A stretch of 64,000 nucleotides of DNA, taken from the NCBI RefSeq assembly GCF_009914755.1, contig NC_060932.1. The stretch is one strand, 5' to 3'. The translations under genes were made by a program, and so were the position numbers. This DNA is from the human T2T-CHM13v2.0 reference genome, Homo sapiens. Shown here in pieces: positions 19,286-37,893 of this stretch. The notes beneath the pieces are model-generated. The model was not told where the DNA came from, ran no database searches, and saw only the letters and a list, made by a program, of their open reading frames with translations. How positions within the stretch are numbered: the first letter of the stretch is position 1; the number at the start of each line of letters is the position of its first letter.

Positions 19286-20293
19286 TGCATGAACATAGAA
19301 ATATTATGTCCCTAATACTAGGATAGATCTGATAAAATGAGTGCTCACTTTTTGGTTAACTGAATATGTGCTTTAATTTACTTGAAATTTCAATTTTTGG
19401 TGTTACCATTACTCAGTAGGTCTGGAGCCCAATGGAGATAAAGCTAGACTATTGTAGAGTGATTACAGCTCAAGAACTATTCCCAGCCCAGAGGTGAGAT
19501 TGTTAGGAATGTTTGCCACATAGGTGGCATATGTTGTGCCCATTTCTCATGAGGATAAAGGATTTTAAAAGAAAGGTTATGTCATGTATTCAAATACATC
19601 AGTTAAAATGGCACTCTGTTGAATTAAGTATGAAAATGTTTCATTTTCAAACCAATAGTGTATATAATTCTAATTTGTACTTTTTTTTAGTGGAGTAAAA
19701 GAGCTAAAAGTTTGACATATTCAGATGCAAAAGAAATGATAAGTTACAGATATGTTTTATCAAATATTCAGTTTCAATCCCACTAAGGGTCTTGAAATGA
19801 ACATCTAATTCTATTAGGAATGAATAGGCAACACAAATATGCCTTTACTTTGTGAGGCAAACATTATTTTTCTTAATTATGAAACTAATATGTACCTTTA
19901 AAGCTGATGTTTAAAAATTATCAAAATAAAAAACTGACTTATAAGGTCATTATTTATAATTATCTCTCTTCCAAAGGTATTATATATTATCTATTTTAAA
20001 ATTAAATTAAGGTCAACTTGCATTAATATGTTTTTATAAACATATTATGTTCAAAGTCCATTGAAAAGACTGTAATGTCCTGATTTATAATGCTAAAAAA
20101 TGATAAGAAAAACTTGATAGATAACTTGAATGCTTAGAAAAATAATTGGTGCGTAAACTATGTCCAGGAAACACAATTGACACTTTTGAAAGCTTCACTA
20201 ATCCTTGGTAGACTGCAATCCTTTAAGCATTAGGAGGAATTGTGAATAGTTTATCCTTAGAACACTTTTTGATTCTCATGTTTGAGTCTTGAG

Positions 20294-20420
20294 CTACTGG
20301 TGTTTCCCTTCAGTTTCAGTCTGAAGTTCATTTGCTTTCTTTCTCCCTTTGAAAGAAGCCATGCAAGTGTCCACTCCAAGGTACTCACCAAAGGCAATCA
20401 ACATTTTTGGAGATATTATT
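20294..20420 (-). CDS. SDR16C6P: SDR16C6P last coding exon (absent from the ORF track)
   Basis: Translated by hand: (Q)[41 protein letters not shown]; strong acceptor ttttttctctgcttttcttctag|; TAG at 20296-20294. Confidence 0.88.
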
Positions 20421-20584
20421 CTAGAAGAAAAGCAGAGAAAAAAATTATGATCCTTTAAGAGGAATCAAATAAACTACTTTGCAAAGAGTAAGTGCAAATT
20501 ATACAAAGTTCAAAATGTCACTTAATGGGAGGGCTGAAGAGAAAAGTGCTGTGTCATCCCCAAGTGCCATCACCATCCTCAACA

Positions 20585-20855
20585 CCAATGGCTCTCAACC
20601 CTGGCTACACCTTGGAATCACCAGAGCTTTGAAAAGCCCCAAAGTTCAAGCCACAATTTATCCCTGTATCACACCCCCTGAGTTCTGTGGAGAGACTATG
20701 TATATCCTTATTTACTAGACTAACAAAAGGTAGCAAAACTAGAAAAAAAACTGGACCAGTTAAAGCAGAATTTCTGGAGGGTAGGGGCCAGGAATCTGTA
20801 GTTTTAAATGTTCCCTGGGTGATTACAATGTGCATCCGAGATGAAGAACCATTGT
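20585..20855. mobile_element. MER5-type hAT-Charlie DNA transposon relic
   Basis: caatggctctcaac...gaagaaccattg terminal inverted repeats. Confidence 0.6.
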
Positions 20856-21943
20856 TTTAGTTCCTTGAGGATAGAGGCTGTGTCCAGCTCAGTTATGCTC
20901 AATTCAGCTCGATGTGGCAAATATTTATGGCATGCTAATTACACGTTAGGTATTGTCCTAGGCTGGGGCAAGGAGCAGGAAACAATTCAGACAATATTTT
21001 CTGTTCTTAGGGATCATGCAAGGTAGCAAGTAACCACGGGTGAAATGAGTGCGCCAAAAACCAGGGTCAGGTGTGATGGAATGTACAATGTGGGACTTTG
21101 ACCTAGCTGAGCAATCAGGGTAGCTAAGGATGAATAGGAACTATGTTAAATAGATATAAATAGTAAAGAAAGTACTTTATTTATCAGTAACATAATTTTG
21201 TAATAGTGAATCTCTGCTTGTGCTTTCTACTCTGCTACTACTTACAGCAGAGGAGGAGTATTTCTTGACGGTAAGACCTTAAGCTCTGTAATCAAATTGG
21301 AAACTTCAGTTTGAAACTTTGTTGCAGCACATATTATTAGTTGTTTAACCCTGCAAAAATTACTGTCTTTAAACCTCAGATTTCCTAAATTGATAAAATT
21401 CACACAAAGCTATTAGCACAGTAGCTGGCATGTAGTAGTCACCCCATAAATGCTAAATCTGGACCTGGGTGGAATCCATGAACAAATACCTGGAATTCAT
21501 AGCATGGGCCTTGTATGAAGTTGCTGGAGCTATTTCGCAAAATAAAATGAAGAACTTGTAAAATACTCTTAATATTTTTCTGGCAACATACTTGTGTTTT
21601 TTTGTCCCTTGTTTTCAAAGTAGAGCTCTACACTAACCAAACTAAATAGTTGACCAAAACCAAAAACATAAAAAACAAACAAAAAACCCCAAATAATTTG
21701 TTACTTATTTGTGTTGAAACAAAAAATGTGTGTTTTGCAAGACCTAAATAATTGTTAAATTTAGTCAGTGTCTGAAGCAACCAAGACACAGCAATAGTCC
21801 GAAAAGTTGTTTTTGCACTATTAAGGTTCTTCCTCTTACCATTAAGTAAATATATAAAGTTGCTTTCTATGCAAAAGAGGTAGCAGTGATTGGACAATTT
21901 GTTCACAATAACCAGAATGATAGTGAGGTCATTATTAACTTAC

Positions 21944-22069
21944 TGTTTAAGAATCAATCCGATATATGCAAATTTGGGTATCATTAAATAAACTTGTTCC
22001 TCTAAAATAGCATTTAAAATTTTTTTGGCCACATACTCCTGCTCCAGAATTGGTAACAGAAACGGATAC
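21944..22069 (-). CDS. SDR16C6P: SDR16C6P coding exon 5
   Basis: (K)[41 protein letters not shown](Q); acceptor ttattccag|; donor ACA|GTAAGT; 126 nt. Confidence 0.92.
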
Positions 22070-22192
22070 CTGGAATAACAATAACAAATAGTGATATCAT
22101 CAGACTGGTATCTTTTTGCTGTCATCATAGGGCATTGATTATGAAATTTCAGATATGGAACTATAACATACAGCTTTAAACAGTCAAACAAA

Positions 22193-22521
<329 letters not shown>

Positions 22522-22680
22522 TCAAACAAAATGCAAATCTTAGGAATTGCCTTGTGTTTTCTCTTATGATCAGTAATAGGACTAGTGCTAATATATTTAA
22601 TTTCCTGGAGTAAACTTCCTGCTTTTGTTGATTTTCTGCTGTGTGATGGTCTAAACATATGGAAGTAATTGCTTTTAGAT

Positions 22681-22957
22681 TTTTTTGTTTGTTTGTTTTA
22701 ATACAGAGTCTCGCTCTGTCGCTCACGCTGGAGTGCAGTGGCACAGTCTTGGCTCATTGCGAGCTCCGCCTCCCCGGTTCACACCATTCTCCTGCCTCAG
22801 CCTCCTGAGTAGCTGGGACTACAGGTGCCCACCACCACGCTCGGCTAATTTTTTTTGTATTTTTAGTAAAGACGGGGTTTCACCGTGTTAGCTAGGGTGG
22901 TCTTGATCTCCTGACCTCGTGATCTGCCCACCTCAGCCTCCCAAAGTGCTGGGATTA
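22681..22957 (-). mobile_element. AluY-like, slightly 5'-truncated
   Basis: Alu dimer; gcttttagattttttt on both flanks. Confidence 0.9.
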
Positions 22958-23026
22958 GCTTTTAGATTTTTTTCTTCTTTCTTCCCTCTCTGTCCCTCCC
23001 AAACATCCCATAGTTGTATACTATTA

Positions 23027-23404
<378 letters not shown>

Positions 23405-24189
23405 TTAGGTAGATCATTGTTACAACATTAAGCAGAAATAGATGTTTGTGAAATCAATAGTTGAAATGGATCAGAATATAAATAAATATCACATAAGATA
23501 TTTTATACTTTTATATTGTTCTGCTTAATTAGTTGAACCACACTTCCCTCAAAAATTCTGTTTATCTCAGCTGATTTTGGGAATCTGATCAATTTTCCAC
23601 AACTGAATGTTGACAGTTAGTCTTTATATTTTATTCTCCTAAAGTTTTCCAGAACTATAGCCTAAAGGGCTCTAATGATTATTTAAAAATAGAATCTACA
23701 GATCATTGTTTAATTCTCTACCATTTTAGGATTGTGAATCTTTTTCTGGAGACTGTTTTTTTTTACGTTTGTTTATCTAAGGACACCAATTTTATACAAG
23801 TTATCATTTAACATCACTGACTTCTCTGGCTACCATGCCCCCTTATCCTGGCTGGTCATATTCTTTCTGTGATCTTAACATTCGAGCTTTTAATAAGACT
23901 TAGTCACATATTAACAATTCTTACTAATATTATTTTAATAATAATGTTAGAAACAAAGTAAATAGCTTAAAAATGTATATAAGTATACTTACATTAGATA
24001 TAACTACATATGTACATATACATAAGTTTATTATAAATGTTACTGAGATAAAACATGTATAGTACATGATTTATTACTACTAATAAAATATACATTACTT
24101 TTTGTTATAAACACCATATAATCAATTACTTTTCACAGAATGTTTTGCTAATTTTTGTTGAATTCTTGCATCACATATATTCTGTCACA

Positions 24190-28400
<4,211 letters not shown>

Positions 28401-29180
28401 TGATTGTCTTTGCTAATTTTGACCAGCTTAATACATGGCTCTTTGGGGAGAGCTTTCCCCTATACATTCTGTCAGCTCTTGACCACTTGTTTTGGAACTT
28501 TCTATTTAATTTTAAAGCTTCACTAGACTCTAAATAGTTTCATTGCCTCTAAGCCAGGCTTTCTGTTGGCTGTCTCCATGTCTCACAAATAAAGTTGATT
28601 CATGTCATTTGGATTGTGTCAGTCTCTTTTTTAATGATCATAACGACTACACTCGTCCTCATATCCAGTTTACACTTTCCAATATACTCACTGACTGGAT
28701 CCGTATGTAAAAGCTCTCATATCACATTTGCATCCTAGTTTGGGCTGTTCTAGATAAATTTAACCTTCATACCAAAATGTCACTCTGCATTATTTACCCC
28801 CATATATTAATCAATTTTACAAAATATTTTATTTCAGAGGTTATTTATACCTTTATATTCTCTTTAGGAAAAAGTTGTCTTCTCAATACTACAATACCAA
28901 ATATTTTCAAAGTTCTCAGTATTAATTTATTTTATATTTTAATATACTGATTAGTATTTTAGGTTTAAATTTTTACTATACCATAAGCCTCATAACTATA
29001 TTATTGTCTTTAAATTGAATAAATTTATAAATGTCATACATATTGAAATTTTCTTTTACTAAATTAGTCATTCACATTGTTTCTTTTGTTTTACTCTCCA
29101 ATTTCAAAACTTCAAAATGATCAGATGATGACATATAGTGGAAGTTTGTTATAAGAGCAAAGATTACTTTAAGAGTTAAC

Positions 29181-29325
29181 TTGCTTGTACAGCCCTCAAA
29201 CATTCCAGTGTTGATGAAATGTGGGCACACGATGGTGCTTTTAACTTCAGTTTTCTTTATCATAGTTAATTCAAAAAAGAGAGATTCAGCAAAGCCAAAG
29301 GCTGCAAATTTACTTGCAGAATAAT
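29181..29325 (-). CDS. SDR16C6P: SDR16C6P coding exon 4 (catalytic YxxxK)
   Basis: (D)[47 protein letters not shown](K); acceptor ttttttttcag|; donor CAA|GTTAAC (weak); 145 nt. Confidence 0.92.
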
Positions 29326-29748
29326 CTGAAAAAAAAGTGAGGAACTATTAGTAATAGAGCTTGACAAGTTAATTCTTGGAATTATTTTAAAAATTGAATC
29401 TCCTTCCCCTTTTTGTGGCTTGTCCTTGGGGACAAAGCATTCCTGTCAGAGTCAATTTATGTGGCCAAACACTCCACTCCTACATATCCACACTCTACAC
29501 CCAACAAAAAGATGGAAATCATATCAGTGTTTCCTAACCCAAGAAGACCAAAGCCAATAGGCATATTCTGGCTGTTTTTTTTTTTTAGAAGAGAATATAT
29601 CTCCTTCTGGAAATAGAAGAGAATGCTGGAATTATAAATAGAGTTCAATATTCCAGAGATTTCCCCTTGATGCAGGAACAGCTTCTATCTATCTTGGAAG
29701 AGTCCTAATTTCTGACTTCTGTGACACATGGTGAAACAAAGTACTCAT

Positions 29749-29848
29749 CTGATAGTCCATTAATACCAACTACTCCTGCTATACTTGAAATACAAACCAG
29801 GTGACCATGGTTAGCTTTAATCACGGCAGGAAGGAAGGCCTTACAAGT
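29749..29848 (-). CDS. SDR16C6P: SDR16C6P coding exon 3 (aa 152-185, catalytic Ser); donor mutated
   Basis: [33 protein letters not shown](D); acceptor ctttcag|; 100 nt; followed by TCAG|ATGAGT instead of GTGAGT. Confidence 0.9.
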
Positions 29849-31205
29849 CTGAAAGGTATAAATGCATTTTGTCAATATTTCATTCATTTATTACTATATT
29901 TGCTTCATAAGTATTTGATGAGTTTACTAATTTAACAAATATTTATTTAACACCATAATGTGTTAAATTCTGTGGCAGTAGAAAAGTAGGTACCATATAA
30001 TCATTGTTTTCAGTGAGATTAGAGGTTATTATCTACTAATCTGTATTATTTGATTTCTTTTTCTTTTGAGGTAAACTATACTAATTGACTCAAATGAACA
30101 TTTTATATTTGTGGTTGGCTAAAAATCTTAAAACCTAGTTTTTCTGGTATGCTGAACTTTTCCATGTAGTTTTTAGCAATTTATATTAAAATTTAATTGC
30201 ATTTACCTTCCTGGCTTTACCCTAAACAAGATTTGCCCTTGCCCTGATGGTTTGGCAGAATGGGAGGAATTGTTTAAGGAAAAGTGAATTTCAGTGCAAG
30301 CTAAACACACCCAGGTAAGTAAAGCACTACCATATCTTAGATCTATTCTTATTTCAGCACTCCTTTTCTCATTCACTATGTAAATCCAAGTTTCTAATAT
30401 CATTATCTTGTTGGCTGTGTTATTCTACTGGTTCTCTTATAAATGATTTCAACCTAACCTTGACAATGCTCTGATCTGTTTCTATGAGTTTGCAATGTTA
30501 ACATTGTCAGAATTTGGTATGTATAGTTTTGGAGAGTGCCAAGATGTGCTCACCTACAAGGGGCCAGTAGAATAGAAAGCAGACACTGGATCAAAGAATG
30601 ACATATTTGTTTTTGAGATATTCTTCATCTCAGTAACCTTGTCCCAGAGCTGCTGAACTAATTGGCAAGTTTCTGCTTAGATGTGAACAATTGGCCTCTT
30701 TTGACATTTCCCGTCCAAACGCGGTGGCAATTTATACATGTGTCTTATAGTTGTAACATCTTTGTCTTTCAAAAATTAAATTCTTGTTGCATCAGTCATG
30801 ACTGTAGACTAGTTAGAAATGACAAGAGCTGGTTATTGTCTTTCAACACAAAAGTGTGAAAGATCCGGCCAGATGCCCAGAGGACATCTCAGTGACTGTC
30901 TGGTAGACCCAGTTAGGTTTAAGGACAGGAAGCCTAGGTATGGAGGCCCAGCAGTGGCACCACTATTGATATCTAAAAGTTTATGAAACTTTCAAGAAAA
31001 TGAAGCTGAGAAATGGAGTTGAAGGTGAGTATCAGTGCTACCTTTGTAAGAAATCCCATGGCTGGGGACAGTGAAACTCCCCAGAGTAAGGGAGAGAAAG
31101 CAGTGACCTACAATAGTTTATCATACAGCCGAACACTGGTGAAATTATAAAAAACAATGATGACGGTGGGAAGTTACCTGTTCACAGGGATGTAGCCACT
31201 TTTAG

Positions 31206-31589
<384 letters not shown>

Positions 31590-34500
31590 TGAATTTGTGG
31601 CTAGCTTCTCGTATGTTCAGTTGAGAAAAAAGTTCTCCCTCCTAGAGGGAAAAGGAATAGGTAATGACAAGGGTCTGTTTGAATTTGCAGGCCTATGTAC
31701 CAGTAGAGCACTTTTTTAGGACATTCTAGAAGATGAATTGCTCATAGGGACCCATACCTAGTGCTCACTAGATGTATATCTATTACTAAAGGAAAGAAAA
31801 AGGAATATAATTAAGTGTTGAGTCAGCAATTAGTTGCCAAAAATGTATTTTACCTTTTGTAAAATATTTTTAGTGCCTGAGAAATTAATAGAAAATTACA
31901 TATGGATCTAGGTTTGCACATTACTCCTAATCAAAGTAAATCTGTGAACAAATCAGATTTGTTTGCTAAACAGCTATATTCTGTTAATCAGGATTTCCTG
32001 ATTTTATCACATGTGGGATGTAATGAAAACAAACATCAGATTTGCTTGATTTCATTTTATTGCATTTATGTAAGACTTCTTTTTTTTTTCATGGAAAAGC
32101 CAAATTAATAAACTTTCTAATTTTTTCAATACTGGTTTATGGGTCAGACAGATTATCTTTGTTTCCACAAAATATTTCTGGTTACAAAGAATACAAATAT
32201 GCATACAGTTAAATTGAACTATAATGAATGATGACTTTACTATCAAAAAAAGATTGATGTTTTTGAACTTTAGTTTTGCAAGTTGCTTTCACTTAATTAC
32301 TGCACTTGCATTGCCTTTTATAATTTTTCAGTGTCATCCCTTTGACCACCTTTTAATATCACCAGTGATTGTATTGCTCTGTAGTGTAACTTAAATGGCT
32401 TGAATATTTTAGGATAATATTAAGTTGGGTAAATTTATGAGAAATTTTTGGTTACCAATACAATTAAAAAAATTTAAATTCATAGAGAAAAGGTATTGAG
32501 TCACTCAGCACCATTTCGACCTGCTTTTCGTAAAGCTTCATTTGAGATAGTAAATTCAATGTAATATACACCTTAACTTTTAATATGATAAAGTTGTTTA
32601 TATTTTAAAGTGATCATTGAAAGCCAAAAGTGATATAGTTACATAGTGATACATTTTTTTGTGTGTGTTTAAGCTCGTATACACATATAAGAGCATATTA
32701 AAACTAATGAACAAAAGAAACTTCAGTATGATAAAGATGATGGACCTGATAGCTTAAAATCTCTTGGAATATTCCAGTCTGTTGTAAACAAGAGGTATTG
32801 GAAGGTTATTTTTGACCTTTGTGTAGTCTGCCCAGAGAGCATGGATTCTTATCTTGTCAAAATATTCTTACTCTGAGCACTTGAGACCTACTTAACTTTT
32901 TGTTAAATCAAATAACCAAAACTGGCCACATCTGAAAGATCTAAAATCCCTTAATAATTATACTGTGATGTGCTGTTAGGTGTATTTAAAAATCAAAACA
33001 AAACTATTGTCACTCTGGCTCTTAAGGCAGCCAATTACAGCTCTTCCATAGTTTTTGTTTAGAAAAATAAGTCTATAGAGGTGTTTTTGCATTCAAAGTC
33101 ATCTTTGGTACTTCTTAGGTGACCAAATCACCCATGGTCTGTTCCCTTGGCCTGATTTCATTACACGGCAATTAGCAGCAGCAGGGTGGCTAGAGAAAAT
33201 GAGGTACACTGGGTATGCTCCACATTTCTTCATTAGCTGAACCCTATTTAGGACCTGCCCTGAGAAAATGTGGGGAAAAATTGTCAACTCCAAAAGAGAA
33301 ACTCAACATTTTCTTGGATGAATTCATTAACACAAATATATTTAACCAGAAATTGCACACTTGCCAGGACAGTTAGAAAGACCCTGAGGATTTTTCAGTG
33401 CTCTTGCTATAATAAGTAACCAAATTCTTATAAAATAATTATGTCTTATACCCCAATACCAGTTTCTATTTTCTTAATTTGGTATCTTTGGTTATTGAAA
33501 TGAATTAACTAGAGCCATTGAGTTTTGTCATCAGTAGGTAATTTCTAGTCTTCCTGTTCTTGCCTGGAGTCTTCTAGAAGTACAAACTGGAAACTGTGCC
33601 TTGTCAAGACAGCCCAGAAGGACACACTCAGAGTCGCAGTGTGGCCTGGACCGTGCCAAGGATCGACTCATTGGAATGGGCTTCCCAGTGTGGGCTGACG
33701 TTGCCACAGTGAGGAGGCCCCTGCAAGGTCATGTCTGGGGCTGAGCCAGGTCCACAGAACCTGTTTAGTACAGGAGTAGATGGCTATGTGAAAGCAGGCC
33801 CTGACCAGCATCAGGCAGAACAGAATTAATGGTATATGTCTGGGTCACAGCATCAGTGAGGGAAATTTAATGTGGTCGAAGTTCTATTTTCTAATGGGCA
33901 TGTGAGCAAGCCCTTTTTACTTCTTGATGTGTTTTCAGTTCTCTCTTCAGGAAGCTAATGCAAAGTGGCATGAAACTTTTTGAATGCTATCTTAATTCAA
34001 GGAAAAATATCTTATGGGGATCTTGATTTAGATTATAAACTGAGTGAAGATTTGAAGGAATGTAAGGATGATAATAATTTTAGTACTTGAAATTCAGATA
34101 AATGTTTTCACAATAGGTTAAGCTTAGAAAAATGTGTGGAATGAAATTTAACTTATTCTAATCATTGTACATTCATATACAATCAAACTAATTTTACAGA
34201 TAATATGAAAGCTGTTAATTGCCATTGTGCACAAACCTACTGATGGCAGTCGGTAGATTCTATTATAATGACTTACTGAGATCCTTTATCTTTCATGGTG
34301 ATGTGCCTATCTGTACCTGTTCAATAAGTAGAGCGAGGCCTTCTTTTCCCAGGATATAATGAATAGTTTGATAATGCAACCAGAGCACAGGTGTGCCCAG
34401 TTTAAGAATAAGTTTAATTTAATCATGTATGACAAGCCTATTCTTTAGGGATGATGGTTGCTATTCATATATTGAACCAGCTGCCTCCTCAGGAAATTGA

Positions 34501-35151
34501 ACTGATACCTGCTTTATGGGTCACAAGTCCCCTTCCAGCCTTACAGGTATTAAGGGAGGTCACTTCCTGGTAGACCAGGAGCCTTGGCAGGTTTGGGAGA
34601 CCTCAAGAAAAAAAAGGCAAATCTCTCACTAGAAGAATTGCAGTACAATTTCTCCCCAGAAGTACTGCAGGCAGCACCCGGTGGAGATATATTTATTGGG
34701 TTTGGTCTCATAAACCCTTGGAATAGATGAGCTAGTAAGAGCAGTAGAACAAAATTTTAAAAATCTCTCTAATTCTTGAGATGAATCAAGATTCTTTCCA
34801 TCATCTTCAGATGGAAGTTGATTTCCTGGTTTCAGTGGTTGCTCAGTATCATCTGTCTCTAGGTTTGCTGACACACAACCAGAAGGCTTATGTGTGTTTA
34901 TTAATAGCTCTTACCACTACCTATGGAGCTGATTCAAGGCAAACAACAGAGCACATACACAACGTAAAGATACAAGTTCAGAGGCTACATGAAGCCTAAA
35001 GAATGAGAAGGAGCTACTATGTGAGTGAGGAGAAAGAATATTCCTGTTGGAGAGAGAACAGCTTGTGCAAAAACCCTCAGGTGGGAAAGAGCTTGATGTT
35101 CTCTGGAGTTTAATCAGGATCCTTGGCTTGTAGAAAATTAGCAGAAAGTAG

Positions 35152-35519
<368 letters not shown>

Positions 35520-36226
35520 TCATCCAGGGGCTGGCAGCAGAAAGGAGAGACATGCACTTGGGCATGTTGTGCAGGGACAGCCAAGGTTGCTGGTGTTGAG
35601 GGAAGGGGAGGAATCAGGATGATTTATAGATTTGTGATGTGATTGTAATGGGTGCACCCTAGCTCCATTTAACAAGATGACATTTCCCCTTTCTGAAGGA
35701 AATGTTTGGGGTAGGGTAGTACAGGGAAGGAAATCAATGGTTTTCACAAATGTTTCTGGAAAACATATTATACGGCAAGCACTGTGGTAAGTGCTCAAGG
35801 AATATTGGTTAAAACAGGTTAGTGGGGGTTCCCATTATCTTCCCAGTGACCAAGGAAGAAGACCAAGGAAATAGTTCTGAGTTCCATGGAGAGTGGTATA
35901 AAAGTGTACAGTGGAAAGAGGGAGGAATCAGGAGACATGTAAAGGAAGCCCATTCCAAGGTCCTATTTTTGGAGACACAGAGAACTAGGGCCATACCTGT
36001 CCCCACTTCCCCATGTCTCCCAATGCCCTGGTTTCAGCACCTGTTTCTCCCACAGGCCCCATTTGCCGCTGATCCCTGTTCATTCCTTGGCAGCATCAAG
36101 TATGAACCCTCTTAGTGGAAACATCTCTGGTAACTCTTCTCTCCTTTAGCCTCTACCCACTTTCTAGAGTTGCACTGACCAAGGAGGTAGCCTTTAGGCA
36201 TGTGTGGCTGTTTAAATATGCATTTA

Positions 36227-36565
<339 letters not shown>

Positions 36566-37347
36566 TTAGTGCTTAATCCCATTAACCACACTTCAAGTGC
36601 TCAGTAGCCACAGATGACTAGAGGCTTTCATATTGGGAAGCACAGATGAAGGCCATTTCCCCCATCAAAGACAGCTCTACTGGGCAGCATTGTGTAAACC
36701 ACTCCAGGCCTCAGGAAAGACACTCCTGAGCCATGAATTAACTCATCTTTTTCTGTAATTTTTCACTCTGTACTTCTTCCTTCTGTAAGCATGGGCCACC
36801 ATTTACCAGTTGCCTGACCTTGGGGAATTCATTTAAATACTTTGGGCCTCAGTTTCCTTATTTGTAAAATGAGAGTGAAAATGGCATAATGGCTGCAAGT
36901 ACTCAACAAATAGTGGTGATTGTGATTCATCCCCCCCTTAATTCCTCTATTAGAATGCCCAGTCCTGCATGCCCATAAACCACCACTCTAAAAATAGCCC
37001 CTGTCTCTGCACAAGCTCCTTTTGCACTCATGGCCAAATTAAATCTCTCTTGTATAATTGCTGTCACTTTCAGTTTGTATTTAGGTGGGAAGATTTCTGA
37101 CAGCCTAATAAGTCTTGGGAACAAACTGCAGAGGGTAGAGGGAAAAAAAATTTCTCTGATAATTTGGAAGAAAACAAGATCAGGAAAAGCACAACAGATA
37201 AACCCTGCAAGGATTGAGACCCCACATCTTTCAATGGAAAATCCCCAAATGGTATGTTTATAAAGAAATGCATGAACAAGTGTTTATAGGACTGCATGGA
37301 ATTTTCGTACTCACCAACAAAATAAAATGATAAAGAAAGAGGTTTAC

Positions 37348-37479
37348 CCAGAAATGAGTGATGGCATTTACAAGAAAGGATTTTTCCACCATGTGATCTG
37401 GAATATCGAGGAAGGGCTTTCCCGTGACTAAGTCAGCATTGTTAACGAGGATGGTCACGTCACCAAATTCTTTCCTGAC
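37348..37479 (-). CDS. SDR16C6P: SDR16C6P coding exon 2 (aa 108-151)
   Basis: [44 protein letters not shown]; acceptor ctgaccag|, donor TGG|GTAAAC; 132 nt, phase 0-0. Confidence 0.92.
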
Positions 37480-37528
37480 CTGGTCAGAGGGAGGCAAGCA
37501 TTGGTTCAATTGAGGCACTGCATTTTGA

Positions 37529-37893
<365 letters not shown>

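Noticed and set aside
29326-29748. AT-starting intron as a U12 (AT-AC) minor intron
   Set aside because: The donor is ATGAGT rather than ATATCC and the intron ends in AG, so a mutated U2 donor is the simpler explanation.
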